DNA of 64,000 nt, from positions 29,760,001 through 29,824,000 of the forward strand of contig NC_043007.1 of the NCBI RefSeq assembly GCF_006345805.1, read 5' to 3'. The notes under the pieces are model-generated. The model saw nothing but the letters and a program-made list of their open reading frames with translations. It was not told the origin of the DNA and searched no databases. Made by a program: the position numbers and the translations under genes. The stretch is from Octopus sinensis (taxonomy: Eukaryota). Position 1 is the first letter of the stretch. Every line of letters starts with the position of its first letter. Shown here piece after piece: positions 58,496 to 64,000 of the stretch.

Positions 58496-58631
58496 AATAA
58501 AAAATAAAATAAAATGAAATAAAATATATATATATATATATATAAATTCAGATGAATATGGTACTTAGGTTGAGGCACCAGAATTTATTATGGTATTATC
58601 CATACAAAATCAAAATAAGCTGATTAAAATC

Positions 58632-59023
58632 AAAATAAGCAACAAGGATATCCAGAGGTAATACAGTACGATCGTTTCATGCAACTCCATTTAATTGAAC
58701 AATGCAATCATTTCATTACATCAATTTAAAATGGAGAGCAATCTTCAGCTGCACAAAAACATAGAATTTAATTAAATTAGAAGTTACTTCTATGCTGAAG
58801 TGGAGACAACATGTTCTTTGTCTATCTCCTTAACTTCTTGGAGATTTTAGGTATAATTATACTAATGTGTCCATCTGTTCTAATTTAATTAAATTCTGTG
58901 TCTTTGTGCAGCTGAAGATTGCTCTACATTTTAAATTGATGTAATAATTGCATTGTTCAATTAAATAGAGTTGCGTGAAACGATCGTACTGCATTACCTC
59001 TGGATATCCTTGTAGCTTATTTT
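58632..59023. repeat. Long inverted repeat (~150-bp arms, ~95-bp spacer), MITE/foldback-like
   Basis: 58632-58782 is a high-identity reverse complement of 58878-59023. Confidence 0.85.
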
Positions 59024-59591
59024 AATTTATATATATTTATGTACATTTATATATACGTTTATACAGACATGTATGTGTATACTTACATAAATATATATAT
59101 ATTTATATACATTCATGTGTGTGTGTGTGTGTGTGTGTATACATATACATACACATATATATGCACATATGTTCATATGTTGTCAGTGGATTTGGTAGAT
59201 GGAAAGTGAGAAGTAAATGTTTAATTAATGATGATGATGAGGAGGAGGAGGATATAGCTGTTCCTCTCATCATATGTCACCCTCTTTCATTACCATGTCT
59301 GAAAACAAAAAACTCCCTTTCCTAGTTTTCTTTGAGGTATTCAATCCCTTTGCAAGTTGCAAAGTGACCCACTGGTGTTGGTACCACAAAGAAAAGCACC
59401 TCCTGTACTGTTGTAAAATAGTTGGTGATATGAAGGGCGTCCCTTCACAGAACCATTCCAAAACAGACATTGGACTCCCAGACTCCACCACTTTGAACGG
59501 TTTGGTGCTGGTCCTCATTGCCACACTGAAGTTGTTGTTATATATATATAATGAAATTATTGTATACAGTGCTCAGGTGCACCACAACTTG

Positions 59592-59912
59592 TCAGAAAGT
59601 GCGTATAATGTACATGCAGTAATGTACAAATGTCTGGAAAGCGAACAATGCATGAGTCAGGTACATGCTTGTGTGTGTATGGAGGGGAGAAAATTGGGTG
59701 TAATGTTGGCAAATCTCAGAAAGCATGGAAGTTTTGAAGGATGCAGTGCTCTGACAACTAACAACTGATGCCAGCAGTTTGTTCCATGCTTCAGCAACTC
59801 TCAGCGTGAAAAAATGTTTCCTAAAGTCATGGGAGCTGTGCTGTTTTCTTACTTTGTAAATATGTTCACTGGTGTTAGACAGGTGGAGTTTGAAAAGTTT
59901 ATTGTTGTTCAT
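59592..59912 (-). mobile_element. CR1-type LINE 3' fragment
   Basis: HIYKVRKQHSSHDFRKHFFTLRVAEAWNKLLASVVSC.STASFK. Confidence 0.8.
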
Positions 59913-60920
59913 AACCTGGACCTTGCTGAATCAACTCAACCATCCTAATGGCATTTGCTCACCAGAATTGTTTCTTTTCTTTGTCCACAGAGGACACGTC
60001 CCCCAACAGAGGCCTCTATCTCTTTCCCCTCCCTGAACAGGAAGGACTCTGCCGCATTTAAGAAGCTAATCATGTCTGATTCAGGGTGGTTAGCAATGGG
60101 AGTTACAACTGCGTCACGACCTTTTGTCTCCTGGTCCAGATTTGAACCTGTCATGTTGATGTTGCCAGTTAATAGGAAAGAGGAAAGAGAGAAGGATCGG
60201 CAGACCAAAATGGCAGATGAACATCATCGCTTTCACTTGTGGCTGGCTTCCATTTATGGCCTGGTGAAATCTGTTCCCAGTGACCAGCTGTGGCTTGTAT
60301 ATACGAACACACACACACATGCTAACACACACACATGCTAACAAACACACACGCTAACACACACATACACACACACACTAACACATACACACAAGTGAAT
60401 TAACTAGTATCTGTGTGTGTGGAGACAGGAAGTTGTAAAGAGGGAGTTGTTATTTTCTTAATGTCAATCAAGAATATAAAAGAGAATTGACTTAAGAAGA
60501 CAAGGAGTGGAGGGTGGGAAGGGTCGGCTGCCTCCACCACCATTCTCTCTCTCTCTCTTTCTCCCTCCCTCCACCTTTGTCTGTTTGTACCTCACTCCCA
60601 CCAACACTGCTTCATGGATTGAGGGGGGACACAAGAATCAATATTATGGCAACAAGAAAAAGAAAACTAAATTACAGAGAAGATGATGATGATGATGATG
60701 ACAAGAATGATGATGATGATACTAATCAAGTTGACAATGATAATGATGGTTGCATTGTTAGTGGTGGTTTGGTGGTGGTGGTGGTGGTGAGGATGGTTAA
60801 AAAGACTAATTACAAGACAGTGGTGGAGCAAGGTTCAATTTATATCCACCCTGTGTGGTAGAAACAACAAATCAAAAACAAAAATAAAGTGTAATGATAA
60901 TAATAATAATAATAATAATA

Positions 60921-60954
<34 letters not shown>

Positions 60955-61229
60955 TATCATCATTATTATTATTATTATATATTCTAATGCATTGTGGTTG
61001 TATTAACGAAAACGAAAATAATATTTTGATAATGGAAATGGCATTTTGGATTAGTTGGGCCAAAGTTTATCACATATTAAACAACAAACTCAGAAATTGA
61101 CTTGACTTAGAAAACTAGCTCATGAATTTATATACACAAACATACACACACACACACACACATATATATATATTATGGAGATGTACTTGCATAGCAAGTG
61201 ACCTGATCTGAGATCATGTGCTGGAACGA

Positions 61230-61295
61230 AAACAATTGCAGTGTGGAAGGTGTTTATAAGCCATTTAAGAAACACCTTCCACACTGCAATTGTTT
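61230..61295. repeat. Perfect 26-bp stem / 14-nt loop hairpin
   Basis: AAACAATTGCAGTGTGGAAGGTGTTT ... AAACACCTTCCACACTGCAATTGTTT. Confidence 0.9.
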
Positions 61296-61757
61296 GTATA
61301 TACTGAGAACTGTATACAATAATTTCATTATATTATTATATATATGATTGACCGCTAAATCCACAAATTTTTTTTATTCTCTCTCTGTTTATTTTCTCAT
61401 GTTCCTTTCTGTTGAAGAGCGTAGGCTCAAAATGTAAAAGACTTTCTCACCTTCCTGAGCTTCAAACTAATACACCTGTTTGTTGTTTATACACCTGTTT
61501 TATTCTTTTGTTTTTCTGTACATTTCAACTGTATATATATATATACATACAGAAGTATACATATTTATATTTATATATCTATGCATGTGTATGTGTGTGT
61601 GTGTGTATATATATAACATATATATATATTTCTTTTTTTAATTTCAGATAAAAATAAAGAAATTGACAAATAACTGACAAAATTCTTGGATTAACTCCCT
61701 GTTACAAGATCATCTCACTTTCTCCAGATTATCTCCTTGTTACTAGATTAAAAGAAG

Positions 61758-62655
61758 ATGGAAGGGTCTCAGAAGATGATCCTCTTCTGGATGTTGATGT
61801 CAGTTATGGTGCTTCTTAGCCCTGGACATCGGATCAACACAGCATCAGATTTTTACCATTCTAGCGTCATCGAAGATGAAAAGTAAGTTGCCAACGTAAC
61901 ACACACAAGCCTGATGGGCAAACAGGGGCTACAAATGGGCAAACAGGGACAACAAATGGGATAACAAACGAGAAATAAATGTGAGGGCAAAGATAACATA
62001 AATTAAATGTAAAAATAGTATAACCCTGGGGACACGTTATGGGGATAAAACAGGGATCTAAATGGGGATTGGGATAACAAGATATTTGGGGGCAAAGTTT
62101 GTAGGGGTCAGTCTGTATTGATAATTTTTTATGTTAACCAAGATATTTTGGTGGGTTTCCATGATGGGTATAAAAGTTTCACGGTGAAGAAGTGGGGTGG
62201 GTCAGGTGGGTGGAATATGGACCACATGGATGTAGTGTGGATCACATGACTTAGTGTGGTGTGGTTCACATGGATGTACTGTGGGTCAATTAACTATTGA
62301 AAGTGACTGTGGATTGCCTTCAATAAGTAATCAACTTCGTTTTGTTTTGCCCCAGGATTGAAGGAAAGTACCACGGAATCACTGTTTTTGTGTCTGTTGA
62401 CTGGAATTTTCTCACAAATCTCTATGCACTCTGCTCGACATCTACATGAGAGATGGTCACAGGATCAATTCTGCAGTATTATGATGTTCTTATAATACAT
62501 GCGTGCACACACACACACGTGTGCTAAATCAGACAATGGAGCTTGACAAAGTCCCTTGGCTTACCAGTTCCTATCAGACCATCCAGCTCACACTAGCATA
62601 GATAAAGGACATTAAATAATGATGATGTATGTATGTGTGTATGTATGTATGTATG

Positions 62656-62687
<32 letters not shown>

Positions 62688-62795
62688 CAAACAAATAGCC
62701 TCTAAATGAATATGGGTTGCCAGTCATATGTCGAGATGCTCCATCCTAAATAATCACAAAGCATTTTTATTACAACTGTCACTAAAGTAGTAGTT

Positions 62796-62845
<50 letters not shown>

Positions 62846-63008
62846 ATGGTGGTGGTGGTGGTTGTGTTGTTGATAACTAATGTTGTGTTCATTGATGTTG
62901 TTGTTGCAGACATATCAGAAGTCATTTGCAAGAAATTACCAATATTGGCGAAAAGGAACTGAGCCCTGAAGAAATAGAATTCCATTTCTTCAAGTAAGAT
63001 TAAATACA

Positions 63009-63048
<40 letters not shown>

Positions 63049-63490
63049 CATTTCTTTACTCTGTGTCTGCCACCAAGCCTTGAAAATCTGCCTCAGGAAA
63101 CTCCTTCCAACCCATGCAAGCATGGATAAGTAAATATCAAAATTAGGTCGCTGATGCTGCTGCTGCTGCTGATGATGATGATGGTGATGATGGTGATATA
63201 CACAGCAGTTATACAGACCAGTGTGTGGACTAAGGTCTGTTCTATAGCATACCCTCCCCCCTCCACCCACCACCAATCACTCCTCTCACTCTTTCTCTCT
63301 TCCAGGTTACATGACTTAAACAACGACACGCTGCTCGATGGTCTTGAAATCCTGGCTGCTTTGTTCCATTCGCAGCCAACGGAAGACATCGTGCCAGGGT
63401 TAAGTGAACAAGAAATGAAACTCAAGTCCCGAGATCAAATCAAGAAGATCCGTAAAGAGAGGCAGGAGAAAGTGATACATTATTACACAG
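61758..63490 (+). CDS. MCFD2: MCFD2-like secreted EF-hand protein, first three coding exons (61758-61882, 62910-62993, 63306-63490); 3' end outside the window
   Basis: Spliced peptide MEGSQKMILFWMLMSVMVLLSPG (signal-peptide-like)...SSVIEDEK|HIRSHLQEITNIGEKELSPEEIEFHFFK|LHDLNNDTLLDGLEILAALFH matches the MCFD2 pattern EHI..HL...EMSP.EL.FHYFK.HD.D.N..LDGLEL. GT-AG junctions and phases are consistent. Confidence 0.8.
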
Positions 63491-64000
63491 GTAATACCAC
63501 CACCACCACCACCACCACCACCACAACCATCACTACTACTGCTGCTGCCACTACTAATGCTACACTTTTGTCCCCCTCTTAATTGCTTCTCCACCCCCCT
63601 CCTATACATATAATCATATAAGAATCCAAAGTCAGAAAAAATATGCACTCGTACATTTGTCAATGAATTATGCAAATTAATCAAAGTTTGGGGTTTTATA
63701 TGTGAAGGGCACGTAGCTTAGTGGTTAGGGTGCTGAACTCACAATCCTGAGATGGTGGGTTTGATTCTAGGACTGGGTGATGCATTGTGATCTTGAGCAA
63801 GACACTTCATTTCATGTCACTGTGTTGGTGATAGAATCCTTGACACGTGCGCAGAAGTGCTTTACAGTACGCCTCCCAGTTCTCTACATTCTGAGTTCAA
63901 ATCCCACCTGCCTGGAGAAGGCAACAGGAAACCACTGCAATGGTTTCATCTCAAGACTAGCCATGGCAGTTGAAGCCCCAGTAATCTACCTGTAGGGGAG

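Overview
Eukaryotic, AT-rich, microsatellite-dense genomic DNA. The repeat families and architecture suggest an octopus or other coleoid cephalopod (inference). Three protein-coding genes were reconstructed by hand. (1) DRC7/CCDC135 (dynein regulatory complex subunit 7), minus strand, 17 coding exons from 53709 to 9130, summing to 2679 nt (892 aa plus stop) with every phase consistent if intron 1 uses a GC donor. (2) RMND1, an intronless 384-aa CDS (45010-46164) nested on the same strand in DRC7 intron 4. (3) An MCFD2-like secreted EF-hand gene on the plus strand (from 61758, running off the window), head-to-head with DRC7, with a palindromic RFX X-box between them. The introns hold many mobile elements, several apparently sorted by microsatellite type: a 5'-truncated Tx1/L1-type LINE with an unbroken RT frame inside a (GATA)n array, three R4/Dong-type fragments and a non-coding ~560-bp element at (TAA)n arrays, several tRNA-headed SINE families, Tc1, Merlin, RTE, CR1 and Helitron relics, and perfect hairpins. 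No CRISPR, rRNA or true tRNA genes were seen. All family assignments rest on recalled motifs, not database searches.
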